From contig NC_068994.1 in NCBI RefSeq assembly GCF_001194135.2, forward strand, positions 17,916,558 to 17,980,557: DNA of 64,000 nucleotides, given 5' to 3'. This document shows positions 35,755 to 47,374 of the stretch, piece after piece; within the stretch, counting starts at the first letter, position 1, and each line of letters starts with the position of its first letter. Origin of the DNA: Octopus bimaculoides. Lineage: Eukaryota. The notes beneath the pieces were generated by a model, which searched no databases, was not told the DNA's origin, and saw only the letters and a list, made by a program, of their open reading frames with translations. The translations under genes and the position numbers were made by a program.

Positions 35755-36726
35755 ATGTAAATGACACTTGTGAAATTGTAGTTATGGACATTGCTGGTGT
35801 CATGTAAATGACACCTTTGCTGGTGGCATGTAAAAAGCAACCATTGTGCTCTTGGAGTGGTTGGCATTAGGAAGGGCACCCAGCAGTAGAAACCATGCCA
35901 AATCAGACTGGAACCTGGTGCAGCTCTTTGGTTTACCAGTTCCAGTCAAACCAGCTAACCCATACCAGCATGGAAAGTATACGTTAAATGATGATGTTAG
36001 TGAATGAGGAAAACACATGGGAAATAGGGGATCCACAGAGCAGCTAGACTATAAGGGACAGTTACTTCATATCCTTAATTGTGCTTTTGATCATATAACA
36101 GCATAACTTCAATGACTGGTCTCTGTTGAATTTACTTGGGGCAGGTAGTTTCTCTTCCTTAATCATTCTCCTTCTTCAAGAACCTCTGTTGTATCATTTC
36201 CCTCTACATTACTTTCCTCCTCGCTGGCTCCTTATTCACAGCTATTGTCTTTGGTTCACAACAGGTTGTTTTGTTGAAACTTCCATTTGTCCTCTGTTAT
36301 AAGTCTTTATCTTCTCTGTCTCATCATATATGCACCAACTAATACCTCTTCAAACTTTCATCTGACCAAATTATCCCTATATCTTCCTTCTCTAGAATGC
36401 TTTCTGTTTCTGTGTCTGTCTAGCTCCTATTTTGAAGTTGCTTATCACTGATCTGTATTAAATTGTACATCCTTCTTTGGAAAAGGGTTGCTTATCCTAT
36501 TTTCTGGTAAGTATGAAGTTTATCTGGTTTATGTCTATAATTAATTGGTAGGTAAATAGGTTGCTACTAGATTTCTTGAAGCTAGTAGGGCAAAAAAGTG
36601 AGTTCATTTGCATACCAGAACTCTAAGAGTTTTAGATCCCTCTTCATTCCTTGTATTTTATCCATAGCTTCCTTGCACCCATACACACTCACAATTACAT
36701 GTGTATATGATGCATATATATATATA

Positions 36727-37150
36727 TCATCATCATCATTTAACGTCCGCTTTCCATGCTAGCATGGGTTGGATGATTTGACTGAGGACTGGTGAAACTG
36801 GATGGCTACACCAGGCTCCAATCTGATTTGGCAAAGTTTCTACAGCTGGATGCCCTTCCTAACGCCAACCACTCTGAGAGTGTAGTGGGTGCTTTTACGT
36901 GCCACTGGCATGAAGGTTAGTATGGCGGTACTGGCAACGGCCATGCTCAAATGGTGTATTTTATGTGCCACCTGCACAAGAGCCAGTCCAGGGGCACTGG
37001 CAACGATCTCGCTCGAAAGTCCATTACACATGCTACTGGCACAAGTGCCAGAAAGGCGACGCTGGGCACAGGTGCCATCCCAATTTCGCTTTCGCTTGCC
37101 CCAATAAGTCTTCGCAAGCTGAGTTTCGTGTCCAATGAAGGAGTGCCATG
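36727..37150 (-). mobile_element. Young RTE-type 3' end (near-identical copy at 38452-38757)
   Basis: (CAT)n-ttaacgtccgctttccatgctagcatgggttgg..ggcaacgatctcgctcgaaagtcc is shared by both copies, with CpGs retained. Confidence 0.8.
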
Positions 37151-39489
37151 TCATCATTGTTTAATGACTGCTTTACATACTGGCATAGTTGGATGGTTTG
37201 ACAGGATCCAATGAGCTAGGGGACTGTATTAAGATTCAATGTCTGCCTTGGCATGGTTTCTATGGCTAGATGTCCTTCCTAATGCCAACCACTTTACAGA
37301 GTCTATTTGGTGCTTTTTTGTGATGATGTTTAGTGAGGTCATTAAGAAATTCTCAAGACAGAGATAAAGCCTCTTTTACTGAGTGGGCTGTAAGTACAGA
37401 GGGAGGTAATTTCATGTCAGGTGTAGAGAGGCTAAAGTATGTTAGTGGGACAGGCACAGATATCTTACTACAGAGGAAGTATATGATTACCCTACATTAT
37501 ATAAAGATAGGTGAGAGTAACTGACAGGAAGACAAAGATGGTGGTGACAAGGTGTCAGAGCATAGGCTCCTATAAGACAGGTAAGTAGAAGAGAGACTAT
37601 GGACAGGATGGGTGGGTAAGTTCATAAGAGCTTGAGAGAAGAGTGATTGATGGCTAGAGACAGGGTGGGGGTAAAAGTGAATGTAGTAAATGAACAGAAG
37701 TGGAAGTGTAGCTGATGGTAAATATCAGCGTGGTGGTGAGAGGTGAAAGATATAGAAGTGACTGAGGAAGGAGGAGGCGATAAGTGGCTGTACAGGAAGG
37801 GTGGAGATAGATCAGAATATAGAGAGATGATGTACAAAGTGGGAGAGTGGGAGGAGAGAGAGAGAGATGAACAGTAACAGAGATGGAGATCAGAGGTATG
37901 TAGGAGTGGCTATAATGGATGGGGGCCAAAGGTTGTGATTGGGGCGTCAATGGCAGATTTGAGAGGGTGTTGGGAATGAGGTATGACAGACCTAAGATGT
38001 AGCTCAGAGGAGAAGGAGAGATACTGTAGCCACAGAAAGGAATGATCAGTGGAAAATGTAGGAAAGGCTGATATTGAGAATGGGGGATGGATTTTAATAG
38101 GAAGTGGCTCCAGGGAGAGGAGGAGGTGACTGGTAGCACAAAAGTGCATGAAATATGTGCAGATTCTGCTCTCGTATGATTAAAGCAGCTGTAAGAATCT
38201 ATAAGTATATTCATGTTATCAGCATTGCCTTTACCTCAGCTCTTATGACCACTTATGAGAACTTTTAACAAGTGTAGGATATAAAGAAAACTGTGCTAGC
38301 AAGAATGCTTTGGTCTTCTGCCATGTTTCTTGCAAATTTGATTGGTTGTACAGAACTACTGCAAATTAATATTGTTGGTTAGAAGTTTGAAGTAGCAAAA
38401 AAGCTGCAGTCACATGAGGCTATAGGATTCTGTGGGCCTCATTCATCATCATCATCATCGTTTAACGTCCGCTTTCCATGCTAGCATGGGTTGGTTGATT
38501 TGACTGAGGACTGGTGAAACCCGATGGCTACACCAGGCTCCAATCTGATTTGGCAGAGTTTCTACAGCTGGATGCCTTTCCTAACGCCAACCACTCTGAG
38601 AGTAGAGTGTAGTGGGTGCTTTTACGTGCCACCGGCACGAAGGCCAGTCAGGCGGTACTGGCAATGGCCACGCTCAAAATGGTGTATTTTATGTGCCACC
38701 CACACAAGAGCCAGTCCAGGGGCACTGGCAACGATCTCGCTCGAAAGTCCTTACACATTGTTCATGTTAATCAACCAGCAATACTTATGTGAAGAAATAA
38801 GCATGAGAGATGGTGTTGTAATGTCCAACTTAGAAATGCTTCTGGGCTACGCTGGATTAGGTCAGATATAGGCTAAATGGAGCTCTCACCAGAATAACAA
38901 ACAGCTGAGAAATTTATACTAGTTTATACTTATGTATACTTGATGCCTAACTTCTCTTCTGACTACTGATCTCTAATACCTCTTTTCTTATAGTTTTTTT
39001 TTTTCAAGCTTATTGCTTATGGTTTACAGATCTAGCTACAATACTAGTCCACCACTATGTCACTGAGTTTGAAAAGCCAGAAGTTGCTGAACAATTTCTG
39101 TTCCAGATATTTTTTTTAGCAAAATCACTTGAAGTTTAAAAGAAAAAATTCATTGTTACATGACATTTNNNNNNNNNNAGAATATGTATGTCTCTTTTTT
39201 CTTTGTCGCTCTCTCAACCACAAACACACACACATGTATGCATTATGTAATTATATATATATAAAGGCGGTGAGCTAGAAGAATCATTAGCTTGCTGGGT
39301 GAAATGCTTAACAGCATTTTGGTCCTCTTTACATTCTGAGTTCAAATGCCACTGGGGTCAACTTTGCCTTTCATCCTTTCAGGGTTGATAAAATAAGTAC
39401 CAGTTGAGCACTGGGGTCAATGTAATCAACTTACTCCCTCCCCCAAAATTTCAGGCCTTGTGCCTACCGTAGAAAGGATTATGTAATTA

Positions 39490-40810
39490 GTAGTAGGCAT
39501 CTGTTGGTCTCAAGAGGCCATGGATCTGCACCCAAAGAAATCGTGGCAGCTGCTGATGGTGGTGCAGCCTCTGTTGTGGCTGTACAGGCCCACACAGGAG
39601 TGTCAGTCACACATACAGCGACTGCATTTGAAGGAGTTCTCTGCCAGTGCTGCTGATTTTACCTTCCATTGGGTGCACTTTTCTCTGATGGCAAATACCT
39701 GTTTTGCTTCTGCTCTCTTCATTCCCTTTCGCAGTATTTGCCTCTTGTGTGGGAGATCATTTGCAACCTCCTCCCATCTCAGGACGTCCAGATCAAGTGA
39801 CTTCATATCTCTCTTACTCTTACTCTTTTTACTCTTTTACTTATTTCAGTCATTTGACTGCTGCCATGCTGGAGCACCGCCTTTAGTCGAGCCCAGGACT
39901 TATTCTATCGGTCTCTTTTGCCAAAACGCTAAGTACGGGGATGTAAACACACCACCATCGGTTGTCAAGCAAAGTTAAGGGGACAAACACTGACACACAC
40001 ACATATACATATATATATATACAAGAATAAGGGCAGGGAATCGTCAATTAGTAATAGAATTAATAATTAACATACCGATATATACATATATACGACAAGC
40101 TTCTTTCAGTTTCCGTCTACCAAATCCACTCACAAGGCTTTGGTTAGCCCGAGGCTATAGCAGAAGACACTTGCCCAAGGTGCCACGCAGTGGAACTGAA
40201 CCCGGAACCATGTGGTTGGTAAGCAGGCTACTTACCACACAGCCACTCCTGCTACAGATATCTTGGAAATGAAGATGAGGTTGTCCTTGTAATCTTGTGC
40301 CTATAGCCAATTCCTCATACAGGAGGTCTTTTGGGATCCTTCTGTCTGGCATACGGGGAACATGATCAAGCCAGTGCAAACAACGCTGCTGGAACAAGAT
40401 ATGTATGCTGGATATCTTGGCTTGGTTGAGGACTTTGGTGTTGGTGATGTGGTCGGTCCACTTGATGTCCAAGATGTCTTAAATTGCAAAGGTGAAAGAC
40501 GTTGAGATGCCACTCCTGTTTATAGTATAGGCTTCACATCTCACTGCCATAAAGTCACATACTAAGGACATATGCCTTATAGACAACAATTTTGGTTTTG
40601 CAGCCAGTTTTTTGTTTTTCCAGACTGTCTTTGTGAGCCTGGCAAATGTGGAGGATGCTTTGTCTGTTGATCTCAGAGTCCAAGGAGAGGTCATCAACGA
40701 TGGTAGAGCCGAGATAGGTGAATTAATGGACTACCTCCAACTTGTAGTTGCTGACGGAGATGGTGGGGGCATGCTTGACATTTTGAACCATTACTTGGGC
40801 TTCAAATTTT
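39490..40810 (-). mobile_element. RTE-BovB-like LINE 3' part interrupted by a SINE
   Basis: DIKWTDHITN..WLDHVPRMPDRRIPKDLLY..HFQDIC | KRDMKSLDLD..FKCSRC..VGLYSH. The split is exactly at the SINE. Confidence 0.85.
39795..40253 (-). mobile_element. Full-length tRNA-derived SINE family B
   Basis: Head gcaggagtggctgtgtggtaag..ggttccgggttcagttccactg, central (TG/TA)n, tail (aaaagagt)n. Other copies at about 910, 1390, 4265, 49330, 53985, 54415 and 60480. Confidence 0.85.
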
Positions 40811-41011
40811 CAATAGTAAGATGAACATCTTTTTTTCTCCACTAGTTTGTTTCTTTTCCTAACATAGTTATTTATTACTATATGCATAAACGAAAAAAGC
40901 TAGTTCCTGCTAGCTTGGCATGACTTTCTTTTGAAAAAGTCATGCTGATTTCTCTTCTTCACTCTAACTCACTATCTAGATGCCTATAACTTCCAACTTG
41001 CTCCTGTTAGA

Positions 41012-41434
41012 NNNNNNNNNNNNNNNNNNNNNNNNNNNNNNNNNNNNNNNNNNNNNNNNNNNNNNNNNNNNNNNNNNNNNNNNNNNNNNNNNNNNNNNNN
41101 NNNNNNNNNNNNNNNNNNNNNNNNNNNNNNNNNNNNNNNNNNNNNNNNNNNNNNNNNNNNNNNNNNNNNNNNNNNNNNNNNNNNNNNNNNNNNNNNNNNN
41201 NNNNNNNNNNNNNNNNNNNNNNNNNNNNNNNNNNNNNNNNNNNNNNNNNNNNNNNNNNNNNNNNNNNNNNNNNNNNNNNNNNNNNNNNNNNNNNNNNNNN
41301 NNNNNNNNNNNNNNNNNNNNNNNNNNNNNNNNNNNNNNNNNNNNNNNNNNNNNNNNNNNNNNNNNNNNNNNNNNNNNNNNNNNNNNNNNNNNNNNNNNNN
41401 NNNNNNNNNNNNNNNNNNNNNNNNNNNNNNNNNN
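41012..41434. other. Assembly gap
   Basis: Run of N. Other gaps at 15484-15493, 32848-32953, 39169-39178, 51071-51100 and 52590-52890. Confidence 0.98.
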
Positions 41435-41454
41435 TATATATATATATATATATA

Positions 41455-41862
41455 TGTGGAGGTGCAATGGCCTAGTGGTTAGGGCAGCAGACTTGTGGTC
41501 ATAGGATCGTAATTTTGATTCCCAGACCGGGCGTTGTGAGTGTTTATTGAGCGAAAACAAGTGAAGCTCCATGAGGCTCTGGCAGGGGTAGTGGTGGAGT
41601 GGCGAACCCTGCTGTACTCTTTCACCACAACATTCTCTCACCACAACTTTCACTCTTTCTTCCTGTTTCTGTTGTACCTGTATTTTCAAAGGGCCAGCCT
41701 TGTCACACTCTGTGTCACACTGAATTTCCCCAAGAACTATGTCAAGGGTACACACACGTATCTGTGGAGTGCTCAGCCACTTACACATTAAGTTCATGAG
41801 CAGACTGTTCCATTGATCAGATCAACTGGAATCCTCGTTGTCATAACCGACAGAGTGCCACG
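41455..41862 (+). mobile_element. tRNA-derived SINE family C
   Basis: A-box tggcctagtgg, degenerate B-box ttttgattcc, and body caaagggccagccttgtcaca..gtggagtgctcagccactt shared with 48085-48340. Related heads at about 48830 and 50655. Confidence 0.7.
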
Positions 41863-41973
41863 ATATATATATATATATATATAAGGGTACAGGACATCAC
41901 CAATGGTGCAAATAACATGAAATATGTAAACAATGAGAAAAAAATGGAGAACAGGTCAATATTTATTATTCGT

Positions 41974-42029
<56 letters not shown>

Positions 42030-42032
<3 letters not shown>

Positions 42033-43975
42033 TATGGTGAGAATCATGACACTCCCCTGTGAGAATGGTCTAGCTGAACTCGTATAAGTAGTAGCGTGTT
42101 GGTGCAACTCCTGTTGCACCAACAACTACAACATAATCAGTTGCTGGAGCTGATGTTGAGGTCTGGAAATGCTCCAAGTCCATTTTCGCCAGAAGGCATA
42201 GCAAATGCTATAACTGAATACAGTTATAACCCAGAAGATGGTATAACTTTTTTGGCATACTTCAGAAGATACAAAGAAATCTTCAAGGAAGAATGCAAGT
42301 GTTGGGCAGAAAATGAAAAATACTGCAATTTTATCCTGCTTTGAAAAACAAGTGAAATTTGTTTGAAGAAACAATTGAATTGTTATCCAAAATGTTCAGT
42401 GATAAGGGTTCCCTGTTTAACACTCGCTGGGAGTGTTTGAACTTAGTAAAAGTTGATGGATGATGATTTTGTCAGTTATGCTGGAATGGTAAATAAAATG
42501 TGCAAAAAATTAAAACTGAAAGAATTATTTCTTGAAATGTTTTAATGCTTCATCTTTGTGCAAGGTTTGATGGCGAACAAAGATGCAGAAATACATGCAC
42601 GGATTCTTACAAAACTAGAACAGGAGGACCAGAATTTAACCCTGCAGGTAGTAGCAGAGGAATGTCAAAGAATTATCAACTTGCAACAGGTCGTAAAGTA
42701 AATTGAAGAAAAAATTTCTCTCAAGTACAGACATGTTGGCTGGGAACAAAGAAAAAGGAATGTTATGACCTAACTCATGCTATGGGTGTGGAGGTCTGCA
42801 TTTTAAGAAAGTTTGTCCATTTAAAACTTGGAAATGTTAGCTTGCACTGCATAGTGAAGCAAAAAAACCTTGGAAAAAAACAAATTCTTCTAAAAAGATT
42901 TGCCCCATGGAAAGTTGTGATGACACCCAAAAATAAAAGTATGTGTATGTAAAAATAAACAATGCAATATGGGTAGTTCAATGGTGTGTATTAAAAAAAA
43001 TGAATAACAAAATCAGGGTGTGAGCTGATATTTCCACTGGCTTGAATGAATGTCTGAAAATGTGTCACTATCTGCTACCTACTCCAGAGGATATTTCTGC
43101 GAAGTTAAATGGGGGCAAGATATATTCAAAACTGGATCTCTGCAATGAGTACCTACAAAATAGAGTAGGCGAGGAATGCTCAAAATACCTAACACTGTAT
43201 ACGCATAAAGGACTATATAAATATAACAGATTACCATTTGGTCTAAAGGTCACACCTGCAATTTTTCAACAGGCTATGGAAGCAATGTTAGCAGACTGAA
43301 TTTGCAACTCTATACCTGGATGATATATTAGTTATAAGTGAATCTTGTGATCAGCATGTCGAGCATGTAAAATGTGGTTTTGGAAAAATAAGAGATTAGT
43401 TTCACAATGAGTGAGGAAAATGAATTTTTCTTACCTAAAATTAAGTATTTAGGACAAATTATCAACAGGAATGCCTTCTCTGACTAAGCTTTTCTAGGTT
43501 TAGCAAATTATTATCAAAATTATATACCAAATATGTATGAATTGAGTGCTCCACTAAATAATTTGCTAAAAAAGGAAGTGAAGTGGAATTGGTCAAATAA
43601 TTGTCAAAAGGCATTTGATGATATTAAAAAAATATTATCCGATTTGTTGCTGGCTCCTGCAACAGAGATTGTTGTAACTTCTGATGCTTCTGAATATGAC
43701 ATAGGAGCAGTAATGCTACATAAATATAAAGACGGTAATATGAAGGTGGTAATTCATGCCTCATGTTCTCATAGCGGCAGAGAAAAAACTATAGTCAAAT
43801 AGAGAAGGAAACTCTAGTGATTATTTTTGCACAGATTTTTATATGGTAAAAGTTTTTGGCTACAAACTGATCACCAACCATTATTATCAATTTTTAGGCT
43901 GAAGAAAGGAATTCCTACCCATACTGCAAACAGGTTACAACGCGGGGTACAATATTGTTGAATTACAACTTTATG
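42030..43975 (+). mobile_element. Degenerate Ty3/Gypsy LTR retrotransposon (gag, RT, RNase H)
   Basis: Gag-like ANAITEYSYNPEDGITFLAYFRRY; RT SKLDL..YNRLPFG..PAIFQQAM..YLDDIL; RNase H DASEYDIGAV..TDHQPL. Many stops, frameshifts and deletions. Resembles the Mag group. Confidence 0.9.
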
Positions 43976-44085
43976 GGTTCAAGTTGAGACAGTTTGCTTT
44001 CTTACTCTCTCCCCTATAATTCTTTTATTTCTTCTCAATAAATCCTAATGATAATCTTTCTTTCTTTGTCAAGGAATCGGCTTTG

Positions 44086-44259
44086 ATGGAAGAGGATAAA
44101 GGGAAACCAAAAAGTAAATATTCATATTATAGATATGGACGTGATGATCTCAAGCGCCAAGCCGTGGAGTATTATCAAAAGAATAAAGTTCCACAAAAAA
44201 TTGAAGAGGTTCTGAATAACTTATTTTATGATCAGCCACCTGATATTTATGGATATTTG
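44086..44259 (+). CDS. ENO4: Enolase 4-like, first coding exon
   Basis: Acceptor at 44072-44073, ATG 44086, donor TTG|gtaagg: MEEDKGKPKSKYSYYRYGRDDLKRQAVEYYQKNKVPQKIEEVLNNLFYDQPPDIYGYL. Matches the recalled ENO4 N-terminus LKQQAMEYYRENDVPRRLEELLNSTFYLQPADVYGHL. Confidence 0.88.
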
Positions 44260-44521
44260 GTAAGGAATATTATTTTGAATCACTTGATATACATATACAG
44301 ACACACACATATAGAGAGAGAATAAAAAGCAGGAAAGCATAAATTTCACAGATACTTCATGATTTTACATTTTAAACAACTATTTCTTTAGAAATAAACA
44401 TCAATAATTCCATGATTACATAATTGATAAATAATTAATATCAATTAAATTAATTAAAAGCTGTGTTTATTCCAAATCATCAGGAATATTATAGACTATG
44501 CTACATTAATATATATATATT

Positions 44522-46960
44522 CTATGAAAGGTTGTTAAATGTGGAGAATAATTGGGAGGATCTTTCAAATATTGAACCAATTGAAGGACCAGGCAGAGTG
44601 GATAGCAGTATAATAAATAAGGCAATTAAGAAAATGAAGGCTGGGAAAGCCCCTGGACCATCAGGTATCACTGCCAAGATGATTAAAATATCAGGTAGTG
44701 TGGGATACAGCCTAGTCACTTGCATAGTTATTCAGGAAGGCATCATCCCCAAAGACTAGTGTAGCAATATTATAGTCAGCTGCTACAAGGGTAAAGGTGA
44801 TGCCTTAGATAGAAACAACTACAGAGGTTTCAAACTGCTAGGTCAGGTCATGAAAATTACAGAGAGAGTTATATCTCAACTGATTAGGGATAGAATTAAA
44901 CTAGATGAGGTGCAGTTTGGTTTTGTTCCTGGGAGAAGTACCATACATGCCATCTTCATAGTGAGACAGTTGCAAAAAAAGTATTTGGCCAAAAGTAAGC
45001 CATTGTATTGGGTCATCCCATAAATAATATGATTTTTCAATTGAATAAACTAAAAGTTGGAGGGGGAGGGGTTAAACTACCTGCTTCAACTTACTATAAA
45101 AGCAGGTAGTAATTTTACCTTGTGCTTATTCTTAGTGCAAGTTTTGAAGAGTGCAGTTTGATTTTTAACAGTTATGTTTTCAAAGTGACAAAGGAACATA
45201 TTCGGCATATTTTGCTTTATGAGTTCAATAAAGGCAACAATGCAATGGAAAGTGCGAGGAATATTAATACAGTATATGGGGATCGGACAATAAGTGTAAG
45301 CCAGTGTCAATAGTGGTTCCAGAAATTCTGAGTCGGAAACTACAGCCTAGAAATCGGGCCTCATCCTAGAAGATCTGTAGGGCTTGACAAGGATGTCTTG
45401 CAAACCCTGTTGGAACAAAATCCCATCATAACTGTTGAGGAATTAGCAGAGAAGCTTCGATTTGGTCATTCAACCAGTCATTCATGTCAGCACTAGAAGG
45501 AAAAAACGACCATCTTTGGTTTCAAGACAAAAGGTGTTCTTCCATTAGGATAATGCTCAGCCACATACAATGAGGATGACATTCCAAAGGCTGGAGCAGT
45601 TTGAATGAGAAATGATGTCCCACACACCATTTTCACTGGACATTGCCCCATCTGATTATCATTTATTCCACAGTCTTCAAAATCATTTCGATGGAAAAAT
45701 ATGAATTCTGTAGATAAGGTCAGAACAGTATTGGAAGAGTATTTTTCATCACAGACGAGTGAATTTAGGAGGAGGGGCCTTGCAAGTCTACCAGATAGAT
45801 GGAAGAGCATTGCAGAAATTGAAGGAGAGTATATTTTAGATTAAAAAAGAACTTTGTTTATCTTAATTCTGAAAAATAAAAGAAGTATAAAAGACTGCAT
45901 TATTTATGGGATGATCCAATACTTAGCCTTCGTTGACCTGGAGAAAGCTTTTGACAGGGTTTCCTGCTCTCTTATTTGGTGGTCTCTAAGGAATCTAGGA
46001 GTAGAGGAGTGGCTTGTTAGAGCAGTTCAAGCCATGTACAGCGATGCTGTCAGTAAGGTGAGAATTGGCCTTGAAAACAGTGATGAATTTAACGTATACA
46101 CCAAGGATCAGTTCTTAGTCCACTCTTATTTATCATAGTTCTCCAGGCCATAACAGATAAATTCAAAACTGGATTCCCATGGGAATCTTGCTGATGATCT
46201 TGCTTTTATTGCAGAATCTGAAGTAGGATTGGAGAAGTAGTTCTGGGTTTGGAAGCAAAACCTGGAATCAAAGAGCCTTAAAGCTAACTTAGCTAAGACT
46301 AAAGTTGTTGTTAGCAAGAAAGGAGATAAGACTCTCATTCCAGCTGGCAAATGGCTCTGTTCAATATGTATGAAAGGAGTGGGACGTAGTTCCATTCGCT
46401 GCACCAAGTGTAAGCTATGGATGCATAAGAGATGCAGTGAAATCGTGGGAAGATTATCAGATAAGGTCACTTTCGTATGTGGCAAATGTGCAGGAACAGT
46501 AAGTACTAAGAGCACAAGAGACTTAAACTTTCTCAAATGCTCAGGAGGCTCTTTTGAGGTAGTAGATACTTTCTGCCATTTAGGTGACCAAATTAGCAAC
46601 GGTGGTGGATGCTCTGAAACTATTGTTTCTAGAATAAGAATAGGGTGAAAAAAGTTCAGAGAACTACTATCTCTATTGGCAGCAAAAGGACTCTCTCAGA
46701 GTGAAAGGTAGATTGTATGATGCTTGTGTGAAAATGGCTATGTTACATGGGCTCTGACTGTGGAAGCCATGCATAGGCTGGAGAGGAATGAAGGTAGTAT
46801 GCTCCATTGAAATTGCAATATCAGTGTGCATTACTGACAAAGCACAACTGTGTTGAGAGAAAAGTTAGGTATAAGAGGGATTAAATGTGGTATGCAGGAG
46901 AGGAGACTGCGTTGGTTTGGACATGTGATGCATATGTGTGAAGATAGCTGTATACAGACT
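44522..46960 (+). mobile_element. RTE LINE remnant (RT) interrupted by mariner
   Basis: GKAPGPSGI..NYRG..QFGFVPGRST..KPL|YLAFVDLEKAFDRV..ADDL..CTKCKLWMHKRC..FCHLGDQIS..RLRWFGHV. Confidence 0.9.
45008..45919 (+). mobile_element. Internally deleted mariner transposon
   Basis: TIR ttgggtcatcccataaataat / attatttatgggatgatccaa and TA TSD. Transposase remnants HIRHILLYEFNKG..WFQKF, DNAQPH, PSDYHLF and EGEYILD*. Confidence 0.92.
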
Positions 46961-47324
46961 TATGATCAAAAAGCGTTTCAACAGTGACCACCCAATCTTT
47001 TATCCTGGTCTAGTATATATCTAGAATATATCTGAAACTATGTTATCCAATGTATCTTCTTTTTTTGAAAGCACTGAGGTGAGATTTGAAAGAAATCTGG
47101 CTGTTATTTATAACAAATCAAGTAATTACTTTAGAGATTCCATCATTGGTTCACATATAAGGTATCATCATCATCATTGTCATCATCCTTTTTCATGTAC
47201 ATAAGAGTTCACAACATAAATTGTTTTGCACCCAACATTATTAACATAAAACACACACACACACTCTCTGTCTGTCTCTTTCTCTCCCTCTCTATCTCTC
47301 ATGCGTACATGCATCCATGCACGT

Positions 47325-47374
<50 letters not shown>

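Noticed and set aside
37400-38250. 186-aa minus-strand ORF in a purine-skewed block (similar block at 13860-14180)
   Set aside because: Low-complexity composition with no convincing motif. Probably a very old retroelement, but the class cannot be supported.
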